A stretch of 64,000 nt of DNA from contig OZ241986.1 in assembly GCA_965204375.1 (NCBI GenBank), positions 4,384,001-4,448,000 of the forward strand, given 5' to 3'. The notes under the pieces were generated by a model that was not told where the DNA came from, made no database searches, and worked only from the letters and a program-made list of their open reading frames with translations. Source of the DNA: Candidatus Latescibacterota bacterium. Lineage in GTDB: Bacteria; Latescibacterota; UBA2968. The translations under genes and the position numbers were made by a program. The first letter of the stretch is position 1; each line of letters opens with the position of its first letter. This document shows positions 19,476 to 30,405 of the stretch, one piece after another.

Positions 19476-21062
19476 TTATAGCTTCACCTGCTTAACCCAG
19501 TTCACAAACTCCTGAGACACGATATCGGCCAGCACCTCATCCTGCACCGGCGTATCGATATTAAAAACCATAATCGCCTCGCCGCCCTGGCTCCTGCGCC
19601 CCAGCGCCATATCGGAAATATTGATCCCATTTACCGCAAACAAATTGCCCATATGCCCCACCACACCGGGTACATCCCGATTGCCCAAAACAATCATATT
19701 CCCCTCGAGCTTTGCCTTCACCTCAATATCATCTATGCGCACCAACCGCAAATCCCGGCGCCCAAAAACCGTCGCCGAAATCGAAGTCGTCTCTTCTGAA
19801 GTCTCGACATCTATCGTAATCAAATTGCTATAATCCGCGTGACTGCTCTTAGACTCTTCAACCTGAATGCTGCGCGCCTTAGCCCATAAAGGCGCGTTGA
19901 CCAGCGTCACTGGCTCCTCAGCCTGATATTCAAAAATACCTTTCAAAACCGCAGCCGTAAGCGGCGCCGTAGCGTATTCCTGAATCACACCCTGATATCG
20001 ATTAATCACCCTGTGCAAATGCCCGCCCATAAGTTGCGCGTGCAGCGCCCCCACCTTTTCTGCCAGCGACAAATAAGGACTGATCGCATCGAGATATTCC
20101 GGATCAATCGGCGGCAAATTGATACCACTCTGAACGGGCTTACCCTGCAGTGCATCGCGCAAATCCATGGCAATCTGCCGTGCCACATTTTCCTGTGCCT
20201 CAAATGTCGAAGCCCCCAGATGCGGCGTAGAAACCACCTCTGGCCTTTTAATCAGCGGATGATCAACCGCAGGCGGCTCTTCTCCAAACACATCCAATGC
20301 AGCCCCTGCGACCTTACCCGCTTCAATCGCCTTATCAAGTGCCTCCTCATCCACAAGCTCACCACGGGCACAATTGATAATACGCACCCCATCTTTGCAC
20401 CTTGCAAGCGCAGATTCAGAAATGAGATGATGGGTCTGATCCGTAAACGCTGCGTGCAACGTAATATAATCCGACCTATCAAAAATCTCATCGTAAGAAG
20501 CCTGCTGTATATGCAACTGCCGCGCCAGATCATCCGACAAAAAAGGATCGGCACCCAACAACGTCATACCAAACGCATGCGCGCGTCGCGCCACCTGCTG
20601 ACCAACGCGCCCCACGCCAATAATACCCAAAGTTTTGCCGTATAATTCAACACCCGTGTATTTGCCGCGCTCCCATTCGCCAGCTTTAAGCGAAGCGGTC
20701 GCCTGGGGGATATTGCGCGACAGCGCCATCATCATCGCCATCGCGTATTCAGCGGCAGAAATCGTATTGCCGCCCGGTGCATTCATCACCACAATCCCCC
20801 GCTCAGTCGCGGCTTCCACATCGATATTATCCACACCAGCACCCGCCCGACCAATCGCGCGAAGATTCACACCCGCATCAATCACCCGTCGCGTAACCTC
20901 CGTTGCACTGCGCACAATCAGCCCGACATAATCGCCAATAATCTCACACAACGCATCTTCAGACAGACCCGTATTCACATCGACTTCTATATCTGAAGAA
21001 ACAAAAACATTCTGCCAGCCATCGGCCAGTGAATCGCCGATCAGAACCTTTTCCATTTTCAC
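19476..21062 (-). CDS. serA: D-3-phosphoglycerate dehydrogenase
   Basis: GRAGAGVDNID, NCARG and TPHLGASTFEAQ motifs; C-terminal ASB + ACT domains. Start is GTG 21062 or ATG 21056. Confidence 0.95.
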   Translation of the reverse strand: MKMEKVLIGDSLADGWQNVFVSSDIEVDVNTGLSEDALCEIIGDYVGLIVRSATEVTRRVIDAGVNLRAIGRAGAGVDNIDVEAATERGIVVMNAPGGNTISAAEYAMAMMMALSRNIPQATASLKAGEWERGKYTGVELYGKTLGIIGVGRVGQQVARRAHAFGMTLLGADPFLSDDLARQLHIQQASYDEIFDRSDYITLHAAFTDQTHHLISESALARCKDGVRIINCARGELVDEEALDKAIEAGKVAGAALDVFGEEPPAVDHPLIKRPEVVSTPHLGASTFEAQENVARQIAMDLRDALQGKPVQSGINLPPIDPEYLDAISPYLSLAEKVGALHAQLMGGHLHRVINRYQGVIQEYATAPLTAAVLKGIFEYQAEEPVTLVNAPLWAKARSIQVEESKSSHADYSNLITIDVETSEETTSISATVFGRRDLRLVRIDDIEVKAKLEGNMIVLGNRDVPGVVGHMGNLFAVNGINISDMALGRRSQGGEAIMVFNIDTPVQDEVLADIVSQEFVNWVKQVKL

Positions 21063-22163
21063 TCAATGCCCTCTCGCATCCACGGCCCATGTCTCTACAA
21101 ACATCCCGCCTTCATCAATCACACACACCTCATCCCACAAATTCACGGTCGTACACACATGGCGCGGCACCAGATAAAATTGATCGCCCACACGCGGTCG
21201 CGGTGTACCCTCCGGCAGTTGCAACAACTGGTGTTCCTCATTGCGCCGCACAAACGCAATCTCATCTGACAACCCCAACGCTCGAAAATGGGGCGCAGGC
21301 GTATCGGGCGCAACCGACTTGCTGCCTGCATCCAGTGTAACGAGATCTGCGCGGGTCGTACTGATCACACTGGACAAAATTAGTGCTGCCCATTCAAAGG
21401 GACTCTGCAACTTGTCACCATATCCGGTATCCCAAAAAATCCACGTACCGGGCGAAACCTCATCCACCCCATCCACCCGTTGCGTATGCTCAAAACCCGG
21501 CGACCCCGAAGCCACCAATTTCTCGACCTCAATGCCGGACCGTTCTATCAGGCACCGGGTCTCAACAGCCCGCTCAATCGACTCAACCGCCGTCTTTTGA
21601 CGCATATCCGCATCGAAATCACCCACATGTCCATCATACACATGCAAACCCGCAAAATGCAAACCCGACGCTTGTGCAATCTGCTGCGCCAGAGCAAGCG
21701 AAGGCGCACCGGGCAATGCCCCCGTGCGATCCATCCCCGTATTGACATCCACCATAACACCCAGACTCACACCCGCCGATGTGCAGGCATCGGACAACGC
21801 CTGAATCGCGTCCCCATCATCCGCAATAACTTTCAAATCGGTATCGGGATACAACCGCTTCAAATCCACCACGCGCCCAATATTTGCCCCCACGATATGA
21901 TAAGAAATCAACACATCGGTCGCGCCAATCGCAGCGAGCATCGCCGCCTCTTTGGGCGTCGCACACTTAAACTTATCAATCCCCTCATCCATCTCCATAC
22001 GCGCAATCTGCGACATCTTATGCGTCTTAATATGCGGACGCAGGCGCGCATACCCGCCCATCATATCCCCAATCGCGCGAATATTATGCGCCACCGCCTC
22101 CTTGTAAACCAACAGCGCAGGCGTGGGAATCTCCTCGGCATTCTTTACCCGATAGTCAAACAT
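21063..22163 (-). CDS. D-threonine aldolase/DSD1-like PLP-dependent enzyme (alanine racemase fold)
   Basis: LRPHIKTHK, HVYDGH, EEH and PRHVCTTVNL motifs. Confidence 0.85.
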   Translation of the reverse strand: MFDYRVKNAEEIPTPALLVYKEAVAHNIRAIGDMMGGYARLRPHIKTHKMSQIARMEMDEGIDKFKCATPKEAAMLAAIGATDVLISYHIVGANIGRVVDLKRLYPDTDLKVIADDGDAIQALSDACTSAGVSLGVMVDVNTGMDRTGALPGAPSLALAQQIAQASGLHFAGLHVYDGHVGDFDADMRQKTAVESIERAVETRCLIERSGIEVEKLVASGSPGFEHTQRVDGVDEVSPGTWIFWDTGYGDKLQSPFEWAALILSSVISTTRADLVTLDAGSKSVAPDTPAPHFRALGLSDEIAFVRRNEEHQLLQLPEGTPRPRVGDQFYLVPRHVCTTVNLWDEVCVIDEGGMFVETWAVDARGH

Positions 22164-22743
22164 TCAGCACCTCTCCAATCCACCGCCAAACCGCATCCTT
22201 GCCGCGCCCCGTCGTCGCGGAAAACGGCACAAGGTCAAAATCGCCGTGCAAAGCGAGCATCCGACGGGTTTGATCCAATCGATTTTTGAGTTTATGACCC
22301 GACAATTTATCAGCCTTGGTAGCAACCACCACAAACGGCTTGTTGCCGTGTACCAGCCAGTCAATCATCTGCAAATCATCTCGGCTTGGATCGTGCCTCG
22401 CATCGATCAACTGAACAAAACCCCTGATTGAAGGCCGATCCTGCACATACCCCTCAATCAGCTTTCCCCACGCCTGACGCTCTTCCCAACTGCGCTTTGC
22501 ATAGCCATAACCGGGCAAATCGACAAAATAATACGCGTGATTTACGCGGTAAAAATTCAGCGTCCGCGTCTTGCCGGGCGTACTGCTGGTCTTCGCCAAA
22601 TTTTTCCGATTGAACAGCCGATTGAGCAACGACGACTTGCCCACATTGGAACGCCCCGCAAATGCAATCTCGGCCATCCCATCGCGGGGCAACTGCCTCA
22701 AAAAGCCAACACTCGTAACAAATTCGGCAGAATGGAATTGCAT
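22156..22743 (-). CDS. engB: Ribosome biogenesis GTPase YihA/YsxC
   Basis: GRSNVGKSS, DLPGYGY and TKADK motifs; adjacent to clpX. Confidence 0.95.
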   Translation of the reverse strand: MQFHSAEFVTSVGFLRQLPRDGMAEIAFAGRSNVGKSSLLNRLFNRKNLAKTSSTPGKTRTLNFYRVNHAYYFVDLPGYGYAKRSWEERQAWGKLIEGYVQDRPSIRGFVQLIDARHDPSRDDLQMIDWLVHGNKPFVVVATKADKLSGHKLKNRLDQTRRMLALHGDFDLVPFSATTGRGKDAVWRWIGEVLNV

Positions 22744-22819
22744 GACCGCCCTTTCACACAAACGAAAACCGGGGTCCAATTCGGCCCCGGTTCCCCATCT
22801 GTGGGAAATATCTATCTCT

Positions 22820-24067
22820 TTAAGCGCGTTTTTGTGTGGATTCGAGAACTTCCATACGCGGCTTGTTGCGGTTTTGAACCATATCGCAGGTCACCGTGAC
22901 CTCGGTTATATCCTCACTGGAGGGAATATCGTACATCAAATCCGTCATAACAGCTTCGAGAACCGACCGCAACCCGCGCGCGCCTGTACCCTTTTCCTGT
23001 GTAATGCGAACAACCTCGCGCAACGCGTCATCTTCAAAAGTCAGCTCAACCCCATCGAGCTCGAACAACTTCTGATACTGCTTGGTAATTGCATTTTGCG
23101 GTTCCGTCAAAATCTGCAACAAAGCGGTCTCGTCCAGTTCGCCCAACGCACACATCACGGGCATCCGCCCAACCAGTTCTGGAATCAAACCGTATTTGAT
23201 CAAATCTTCTGGCTCGGCATGCTGGAAAATCTCACCGGTACTTTGCTCATCCAAATCGTTCGAATCAGCTCCAAAACCAATGGTCTTCTTGCCGATGCGG
23301 GTGCTAATAACGCTTTCCAAACCATCAAATGCACCGCCACAGATAAACAGAATATTTTTGGTATTGAGCTGAATCAGAGGTTGTTCGGGATGCTTGCGCC
23401 CCCCCTTGGGCGGAATACTCGCCACTGTACCTTCCAGAATTTTCAACAACGCCTGCTGAACACCTTCCCCAGACACATCGCGCGTAATAGATGGATTGGC
23501 CGACTTTCGAGAAATTTTATCGACCTCGTCCAAATACAAAATACCCATCTCTGCCTGCGCCACATCGTAATCCGCTGCCTGAAGTAGGCGCACCAGAATA
23601 TTCTCAACATCTTCGCCAACATATCCTGCTTCGGTCAAAATAGTGGCATCGGCAATCGAAAATGGAACCTGCAAAATGCGCGCCAGCGTCTGTGCCAAAA
23701 GCGTCTTGCCAGTACCCGTGGGTCCCATAAGCAAAATATTGCTCTTATCGAGTTCGACATCATCCGCAGACTGATTGGACCGAATGCGCTTGTAGTGATT
23801 ATACACCGCAACCGAAAGAACGCGCTTGGCGCGCTCCTGACCAATCACATAATCGTCGAGACGAGTCTTAATTTCCTGCGGCTTGGGCAACCCTTTGTGA
23901 AGTGTCACGGGCTTTTTGAGATCGTCCTCTCGCAAAACCTCATTGCACAGCTTGATACACTCACTGCAAATATTCACGCTCGGGCCAGTGACGATCTTAT
24001 CGACCTGATCGGCACTCTTGCCACAAAAAGAACAGCGAATTTCTGCTCTGGATGTCCGTCGCTTCAT
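22820..24067 (-). CDS. clpX: Clp protease ATP-binding subunit
   Basis: Zn finger CSFCGK..C.ECI; GPTGTGKT; [14 protein letters not shown]; IGF loop. Confidence 0.98.
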   Translation of the reverse strand: MKRRTSRAEIRCSFCGKSADQVDKIVTGPSVNICSECIKLCNEVLREDDLKKPVTLHKGLPKPQEIKTRLDDYVIGQERAKRVLSVAVYNHYKRIRSNQSADDVELDKSNILLMGPTGTGKTLLAQTLARILQVPFSIADATILTEAGYVGEDVENILVRLLQAADYDVAQAEMGILYLDEVDKISRKSANPSITRDVSGEGVQQALLKILEGTVASIPPKGGRKHPEQPLIQLNTKNILFICGGAFDGLESVISTRIGKKTIGFGADSNDLDEQSTGEIFQHAEPEDLIKYGLIPELVGRMPVMCALGELDETALLQILTEPQNAITKQYQKLFELDGVELTFEDDALREVVRITQEKGTGARGLRSVLEAVMTDLMYDIPSSEDITEVTVTCDMVQNRNKPRMEVLESTQKRA

Positions 24068-24081
24068 AACGCCCTACTTCC

Positions 24082-24696
24082 TCATGACAAAGCTTCGTCG
24101 ATATCGGGGGTGGAACTCTCGGGACTGAGCACTTCGTCAATCAGGCCATATTCCTTTGACTCATCAGCCGACATAAAGAAATCGCGGTCTGCATCCCTTT
24201 CTATGCGCTCAATAGGCTGACCCGTGCATTCGGATAAAATGGCGTTCAAGCGGTCGCGATATTGCAAAATCTCTTCGGCGTGTCGTTCGATATCCGAAGC
24301 CTGACCGCCTGCACCGCCAATGGGTTGATGCAGCAAAATGCGCGAATTTGGCAATGCGCGGCGCTGCCCCTTCGTGCCCCCTGCAAGAAGCACGGCACCC
24401 AGTGAAAAAGCCTGACCCACACAAAGCGTTTCAACATCATTGGGCACGTATTGCATCGTATCGTAAATAGCCAAACCCGCCGTAATACTGCCGCCGGGAG
24501 AATTGATATACAGCCGAATCGGCTTCTCGGGCGTTTCAGATGTGCAAAACAACATCTGGGCAATCACCAGATTGGCAATCGTATCATTGATCGGCGTACC
24601 AATAAAAATAATATTATCGCGCAACAGCCGCGAAAAAATGTCATAAGCGCGCTCGCCACGCCCTGTTTGTTCAAGAACTGTAGGAACCAGAGCCAT
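24082..24696 (-). CDS. clpP: Clp protease proteolytic subunit
   Basis: [20 protein letters not shown] and RDFFMSA motifs. Confidence 0.97.
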   Translation of the reverse strand: MALVPTVLEQTGRGERAYDIFSRLLRDNIIFIGTPINDTIANLVIAQMLFCTSETPEKPIRLYINSPGGSITAGLAIYDTMQYVPNDVETLCVGQAFSLGAVLLAGGTKGQRRALPNSRILLHQPIGGAGGQASDIERHAEEILQYRDRLNAILSECTGQPIERIERDADRDFFMSADESKEYGLIDEVLSPESSTPDIDEALS

Positions 24697-24737
24697 ATTA
24701 AACTCCGTTTTGTTGTTTAAATGAAAAAACCATTCAT

Positions 24738-26045
24738 CTATTCGTCTTCAACTTCCTCAACATCTTCGACATCTGCATTATCGATGAGAAAATCAAACGT
24801 CTTCTGCGTTTTAATCTCCGACTCAATCTGATCGAGCTGTTCGGTTCGGCTCAAAATCTGACGCAGACGCGGCCCTTCGATATTGTGCCGTTGCGACATC
24901 TCTTCGAGATGCTTGTCCAGATCGTCATCGGTCACCTCGATATTTTCCTGATCGGCAACAGCATCCAGCAACAAAAAGCGTTTGACACCGCGTTCGGCTT
25001 GATCGCGCCCTTCCTCGCGAAGCGCATCTTCGTCAATCCCTTGATCGTGACCCGCTTGCTCCCGCTTGTATGACTCAATCATACCATCGAGATAGTTTTC
25101 GACCATGCTAGCGGGAACCTCAAAAGGATTCTCCTCGATCAGCGCATCCATCAAATTTTCCTCAACGCGCTGGCGAATAGCCTGATCGTACTGCGCCTGC
25201 ATCTCATTGCGAATTTGCGTCTTGAGTTCATCCAGCGTCTCCACGCCGCCGACATCCTGAGCCAACTCGTCATCCAACTCGGGCAACTCGCGCTCGCGTA
25301 TTTCTTTCGCCATCACGCGAAACATCACAGTCTCTTCTTTCGGCCCTTCGTCTTGATCCTCCTGATCGTGCTCATCCTGAACGGGCCGCGTAATTGTAAC
25401 CTCACGGGCCTCACCGGCCGAAATACCCATCAATTGCTCTGCCAAATCAGTCGGCTTATCGTCTTCCGTCTTAAACAGCCGGATCGATTGATCTTCTGAC
25501 CTGTGATCGGCCACGGGGCTGCCGCCCTCATCGAGCTCTTCGACATCGGCAAAAACCACATCGTCGAGATCGGCAGCGCGCTCCACGACCTGCTCGGTCG
25601 CACTCTCCTCTTGAATATACCGCAGCCGACTGTCAACATGCTCGTCTTCAACCGCAAACACGGGCCGCGTCACCTTCAGCTCCTTATAGGTCTCCACGGT
25701 TATCTCTGGACGGACATCGACAGAAGCCTTGAACACCAGAGGTTGTCCCTCTTCAAAATTGATATCGTCAATACTCGCCTGAGAAACGGGTTGAATACCT
25801 TCGGCTTCACTCGCCTCCCGGTAAAACTCCTCCACCATCTCCTGTACAACCTCACCCTGGATGGCCGGCCCAAATTGCCGTTTGACAACACTCAGGGGAA
25901 TTTTACCCTTGCGAAACCCCGGCAAATTAAGGGTCTTGCTATATTTCCTGTAAGCGTCATTGAGACGCTTATCCACATCCTCAGCCGGGGCCTCAATCTC
26001 CAATGTTCGACGCCACGTCCCCGACTCGGTCACCTGCACATTCAT
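24738..26045 (-). CDS. tig: Trigger factor
   Basis: PGFRKGK signature; tig-clpP-clpX synteny. Confidence 0.95.
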   Translation of the reverse strand: MNVQVTESGTWRRTLEIEAPAEDVDKRLNDAYRKYSKTLNLPGFRKGKIPLSVVKRQFGPAIQGEVVQEMVEEFYREASEAEGIQPVSQASIDDINFEEGQPLVFKASVDVRPEITVETYKELKVTRPVFAVEDEHVDSRLRYIQEESATEQVVERAADLDDVVFADVEELDEGGSPVADHRSEDQSIRLFKTEDDKPTDLAEQLMGISAGEAREVTITRPVQDEHDQEDQDEGPKEETVMFRVMAKEIRERELPELDDELAQDVGGVETLDELKTQIRNEMQAQYDQAIRQRVEENLMDALIEENPFEVPASMVENYLDGMIESYKREQAGHDQGIDEDALREEGRDQAERGVKRFLLLDAVADQENIEVTDDDLDKHLEEMSQRHNIEGPRLRQILSRTEQLDQIESEIKTQKTFDFLIDNADVEDVEEVEDE

Positions 26046-26160
26046 CGCGTTGGATAATCCTTTCTTTGTAATACTTCACTCACTAACGGGACCAACGTGC
26101 AATAATAAACAAATGAAAACGCTTTGTCAATGGCGTTGGGGCTACTGTTTGCCCTTCACC

Positions 26161-26883
26161 TCACCCATACCCCAACACCTTCAAATACGCCTTCACCGTA
26201 TTCTCCAACCCCATAAAAACAGTATCTGCGATCAGCGCGTGGCCAATAGACACCTCGAGAATCCCGGGAATCGTCACAAATTCCCCCAGATTATCGAGAT
26301 TGAGATCGTGCCCCGCATTAACCCCCAGCCCGGCATCTTGTGCCGCGCGAGCCGAATCCGCGTACTGTCGAAAAACAGGCCCCACATCGCCTCCATCAAA
26401 CGCAGAAGCATAAGACTCCGTATAAAGCTCAACGCGATCTGCACCCAGAGCCTTTGCCAGAACCATATCCGCCGGCACCGGATCCATAAACAGAGAAACC
26501 CGAATCCCCAGACCTTTCAACTCCGCAATAATCGGCACAAGCCGCTCGCCATCCCGCCTCAAATCCCAACCGTGATCGGACGTACTCTGATCCGGTTCAT
26601 CGGGCACCAGCGTACACTGATCTGGCACCACATCCCGCACCATATCCATAAAATCGGGAAAGGGATTGCCCTCAATATTGTACTCCACCCCCGAAATCAC
26701 CTCTCTCAACTCATAAACATCCGTCCTGCGAATATGCCGCTCATCGGGCCGGGGATGCACCGTAATCCCATGCGCTCCCGCATCTATACACACCTGCGCC
26801 GCCCTTGTCACACTGGGAAAAGTAAGCGGCCTACTATTCCGCAACAGCGCCACCCGATTCAAATTCACACTGAGTTTGGTCAT
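26161..26883 (-). CDS. pdxJ: Pyridoxine 5'-phosphate synthase
   Basis: LSVNLN..A.LRN.R, GITVHPRPDERHI, NAGHDL and SIGHALI motifs. Confidence 0.95.
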   Translation of the reverse strand: MTKLSVNLNRVALLRNSRPLTFPSVTRAAQVCIDAGAHGITVHPRPDERHIRRTDVYELREVISGVEYNIEGNPFPDFMDMVRDVVPDQCTLVPDEPDQSTSDHGWDLRRDGERLVPIIAELKGLGIRVSLFMDPVPADMVLAKALGADRVELYTESYASAFDGGDVGPVFRQYADSARAAQDAGLGVNAGHDLNLDNLGEFVTIPGILEVSIGHALIADTVFMGLENTVKAYLKVLGYG

Positions 26884-26945
26884 TGAAATTCCTATTAAAA
26901 AAGGTGAGACGGGACACCCGCCTTAGGGTTGCGTTGGGGGCGGTC

Positions 26946-26978
26946 TTCTCACTTCACACTTCTCACTTCCTACTTCTT
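26946..26978. repeat. Short heptamer repeat run (CACTTCA/CACTTCT type)
   Basis: Same unit family as the 11316-11430 run. Confidence 0.6.
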
Positions 26979-27558
26979 AAGGTGCCAGCAAAGCGCGCTT
27001 CCACGCGCCATCACCTTGCCGAACATACAAAAACCGATCGTGCAACCGATCATCCCTATTTACCCAAAATTCAAACCGATCGGGAACCACCCGATAGCCC
27101 CCCCAAAAATCCGGCAACGGCACATCATCTTCCGGATATTTCCGATCCAACTCTGCCACGCGACCTTCCAAAAACGCCCGATCGGGAATCGCCTCGCTTT
27201 GAGGTGACGCCCAGGCACTCAAGCGACTACCCCGAGGACGCGAATCAAAATACGCCTTAGACACCTCATCCGAAACAGCCTCAACCCGTCCCTCAATACG
27301 CACCTGCCTGACCAGCGACTTCCAGTGAAATAGCAAAGCGGCTCTGGGATTCTCCGCCAACTCATCGGCCTTGCGACTCTCCAGATTCGTAAAAAACACA
27401 AACCCCTCTCGATCGCACTGCTTCGCCAGCACCATACGCACCGAAGGCTTTCCATCGCGCGTCGCCGTTGCCAGAGCCACGGCCTCGGGCAGCGTCGGCT
27501 CCGAAGCCCTCGCCTCCTCAAACCACATATCAAACTGAACAAAAGGATCTGGATTCAT
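26977..27558 (-). CDS. pdxH: Pyridoxamine 5'-phosphate oxidase
   Basis: PSVRMVL.K, FFTN.ESRK, RQVRIEG, WGGYR and EFW..R..RLHDR motifs. Confidence 0.95.
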   Translation of the reverse strand: MNPDPFVQFDMWFEEARASEPTLPEAVALATATRDGKPSVRMVLAKQCDREGFVFFTNLESRKADELAENPRAALLFHWKSLVRQVRIEGRVEAVSDEVSKAYFDSRPRGSRLSAWASPQSEAIPDRAFLEGRVAELDRKYPEDDVPLPDFWGGYRVVPDRFEFWVNRDDRLHDRFLYVRQGDGAWKRALLAP

Positions 27559-28063
27559 TTTTCTCCCTGAGTGACTTAATCAAATAAACGCGCGTCTCTC
27601 GCCAGTTACTCTGCCCGCCATTGGCATCAATATAAACACCCCGTGCCAAATACGGTTCCCATCCCGCATCTCTGTACCCGCGGCGTGCGTACAAATTCAG
27701 CGCAGGATGATTCTTCACGTAAACACACAGACCAATATTCTCATAGCCCCGCTGAAAAGTAATCCGCTCACACACATCTAACAACCGCGAAGCAATACCC
27801 CTCCGCCGATAATCTGGATGCACAAAAAGCGACGACACCTCGGGCCAGGGTCGCACCTGAGGCGGCACGCCAGCAGCATCGCCACCTTCCCAATTGAGCA
27901 ACACCTGAGCCACCGGCCAATTGCCCCGCCATGCCACGAAAAAAATGAGCCTGCCGGATTCCTGTAGCATAAACCGCCGCCGCTGCGTTTCTTTACGGGA
28001 AAACGGCAAATACTGAAGCCGAAACACCTCAGACGATTTAAGAGACCGAATATCAATTTTCAT
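27530..28063 (-). CDS. GNAT-family acetyltransferase
   Basis: VHPDYRRRGIA and N..A..LY.R.GY motifs. Confidence 0.85.
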   Translation of the reverse strand: MKIDIRSLKSSEVFRLQYLPFSRKETQRRRFMLQESGRLIFFVAWRGNWPVAQVLLNWEGGDAAGVPPQVRPWPEVSSLFVHPDYRRRGIASRLLDVCERITFQRGYENIGLCVYVKNHPALNLYARRGYRDAGWEPYLARGVYIDANGGQSNWRETRVYLIKSLREKNESRSFCSV

Positions 28064-28171
28064 AAAAGTAAATTATACCGAACACCGCCCCAATCCGCAA
28101 GACACCGCGACGTACTATTTTCATCTGCTCAGTCTAAGTCATATATGCCAACCCATAACCGGAGCATTGTC

Positions 28172-28735
28172 ATGAACCACCTCATCTTAATCAAACACGC
28201 TCTGCCTCAAATTGACGAAACAAAATCCGCCCCAGACTGGCACCTATCGGACAGCGGACGCGCAAGTTGCACCTCGCTCGCCGAGGCATTGCGCCCTTAC
28301 AAACCAGACCTCATCATCACAAGCGCAGAACCCAAAGCCCACGAAACGGGTCAACTCGTCGCCGACGCCCTTCAAATCCCCTACTCATCAGCACCCAACC
28401 TTCACGAACACGACCGCAAAGGCGTCCCCTTTATCCCCCAGGAAACCTGGCACACCACCGTAAAAACCTTCTTCGCACGCCCCAACGACCTGATCTTTGG
28501 CAATGAAACCGCTAATCAGGCCCGCCTGCGATTCACCCGAGCCATTGAAAAAGCAGTAAAAACACATCCTCACAAAACCATAGCCATCGCCACCCACGGC
28601 ACAGTCATCTCTTTATTCACCACACAAAAAACCCGGACAAATGGCTTCGACCTTTGGCAACAACTGAAACTGCCATCTTATGTGGTACTCGACCTGCCGG
28701 ATTATAAATTGAACACCATTGTAACGGAAATATGA
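28172..28735 (+). CDS. Histidine phosphatase (phosphoglycerate mutase-like) family protein
   Basis: LIKHA (variant of RHG), LHE and ATHG motifs. Confidence 0.8.
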   Translation: MNHLILIKHALPQIDETKSAPDWHLSDSGRASCTSLAEALRPYKPDLIITSAEPKAHETGQLVADALQIPYSSAPNLHEHDRKGVPFIPQETWHTTVKTFFARPNDLIFGNETANQARLRFTRAIEKAVKTHPHKTIAIATHGTVISLFTTQKTRTNGFDLWQQLKLPSYVVLDLPDYKLNTIVTEI

Positions 28736-28767
28736 GGGTCAAAATCTGACCGTCAGAGAGTCTCAAA

Positions 28768-28837
28768 AATTAAAGCCGCTTCTCAAACTGGGAAGCGGCT
28801 TTTTATTTAAAACTCATGCCGAATATGCAGGACATTG
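28768..28837 (+). repeat. Direct repeat copy 1 (contains a terminator hairpin)
   Basis: AATTAAAGCCGCTTC...GGAAGCGGCTTTT...AAAACTCATGC.GAATATGCAG.ACATTG; recurs at 29838-29910. Confidence 0.85.
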
Positions 28838-28985
28838 ACCTACTTTTTGTCTGCGACTATCAATAGTATCCGGGCTGCACTCGATGGACAGCGGCGGCCC
28901 TACTCCCTATACCGCGACGTACAATTTTCACTGGCGCAGTCTAACATGAATAATCTCGACAACAACCGTCCGGGAGATATCTGCA

Positions 28986-29819
28986 ATGAGGGAAGAAATC
29001 CGTTTCAGTCCAGAAGATCAACAATTCATTGATTGCGCCATAGATTTTTGCCAACACATGGGTGAACGTGCTGTCCTCATGTTGATTGGAAGTCGCGCCG
29101 CTAACTTTGCCGATGAATGGTCAGATCTCGACCTTTGTATTATCGGCGATAAGCGGCGCCTTGCCGCTGAAGACCGGAGGACTTATGAACAAAGCTGGCA
29201 ACTCTTCGTCGATCGAGGCGATTACGAAGCCCACTGGTCGTTTTACGATGAAGATGACTTGCGGGCGTGGTTGGAGACCTACCCGGACGAAATGATGTGG
29301 GTTATTGCCACTTCGCGGACGCTCTACGGTTCTTCACGTACCGCTAAAGAACTGAAGCACCGCTATTCCCTGTATCCGCCAGCAGTCGCGGAGAGCAAGT
29401 TGAAGTGGCTATTCGGCAAGTATCATTACTCGCAACGCGGACCACTGGCTATGGCAGCTCGAAATAAGGTGGAAACGGCGTTTGTTGCGGTTGGCAACGT
29501 CATAGAGTACCTCTGCAAAATGTGCTGCGTTGCTCACAGACAGCCGTTTCCCTACGATAAATGGCTGGTTGAAGCGGCCAAACAGACACAACTGGGCGCA
29601 ATGGTATATCCATCGATTCAACGGGCAGTAGGTGGCATTGGAGACTTTCTCAACCAGCCAGCCGACCGTCGCTGGCGTGACTGGGTGCCCGTGAAAGAAT
29701 TGCGGGCGACATTGCCGATTGTTCAAAGCGGACTAAAGGAACTGGGCTGGATTGGCGATTGGATTGACAATCCGGAGGCAACTTACTTTGAGGAGACAGT
29801 ACGACGACCTGCGCCCTGA
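28986..29819 (+). CDS. Nucleotidyltransferase-fold protein (DUF4037-like)
   Basis: GSRA...ADEWSDLDL Pol-beta-type motif; FPYDKWL in the helical C-terminal domain. Confidence 0.7.
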   Translation: MREEIRFSPEDQQFIDCAIDFCQHMGERAVLMLIGSRAANFADEWSDLDLCIIGDKRRLAAEDRRTYEQSWQLFVDRGDYEAHWSFYDEDDLRAWLETYPDEMMWVIATSRTLYGSSRTAKELKHRYSLYPPAVAESKLKWLFGKYHYSQRGPLAMAARNKVETAFVAVGNVIEYLCKMCCVAHRQPFPYDKWLVEAAKQTQLGAMVYPSIQRAVGGIGDFLNQPADRRWRDWVPVKELRATLPIVQSGLKELGWIGDWIDNPEATYFEETVRRPAP

Positions 29820-29837
29820 ACTAAAATGTAATAGATG

Positions 29838-29910
29838 AATTAAAGCCGCTTCTTCCAAACCGGGAAGCGGCTTTTTTAATTAAAACTCATGCTGAATATG
29901 CAGAACATTG
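29838..29910 (+). repeat. Direct repeat copy 2 (contains a terminator hairpin)
   Basis: Near-identical to 28768-28837. Confidence 0.85.
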
Positions 29911-29977
29911 TACCCTATCTTGGAAAACAATGAACAGGTCAATTGGGGATCAACTCAATATGGTCAGTTGCTCGTGG

Positions 29978-30259
29978 TTATGTACTCTTTTTTTCGGGCT
30001 GAGAGGCCAAAAAACCTAACGGATGAACAGCCATATCCAGTTTACTGTCGGCTGTCCTGAGTAAACGATAAATTTGGAGATACGTGGTTGTAAGATTTGT
30101 ATTATCTGATTGCACAATATCGTTGTAACACGCCTCAAATTCTTTACCAATATCAATGAGTTTCGCACGCAGGCTAACTATTTCGTGCAACGTCTTTTCA
30201 AATGTTGCTTTCGCTTCGGAAGTAATCAGGCTACTCTCCTTTGAAAGGATAAAGGGCAC
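29978..30259 (-). CDS. Hypothetical helical protein
   Basis: 93-aa ORF with a GTG start; no motif recognised. Confidence 0.4.
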   Translation of the reverse strand: MPFILSKESSLITSEAKATFEKTLHEIVSLRAKLIDIGKEFEACYNDIVQSDNTNLTTTYLQIYRLLRTADSKLDMAVHPLGFLASQPEKKST

Positions 30260-30405
30260 GAGTAATCTCTAAACGTATAAAAGCATAATAAACGATTTTA
30301 CTCTGTTCAAGCAAAAAACGATTTGTTTGCCAGTCATTGTTGTCTTATTTTACCGTTCAGGTACGTCATTAGACTATATAAGATTATTTCAAGGAGAACA
30401 ACCAA

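Noticed and set aside
22571-26886. Long plus-strand ORFs 22571..23587 and 25960..26886
   Set aside because: Antisense shadows of clpX/engB and pdxJ.
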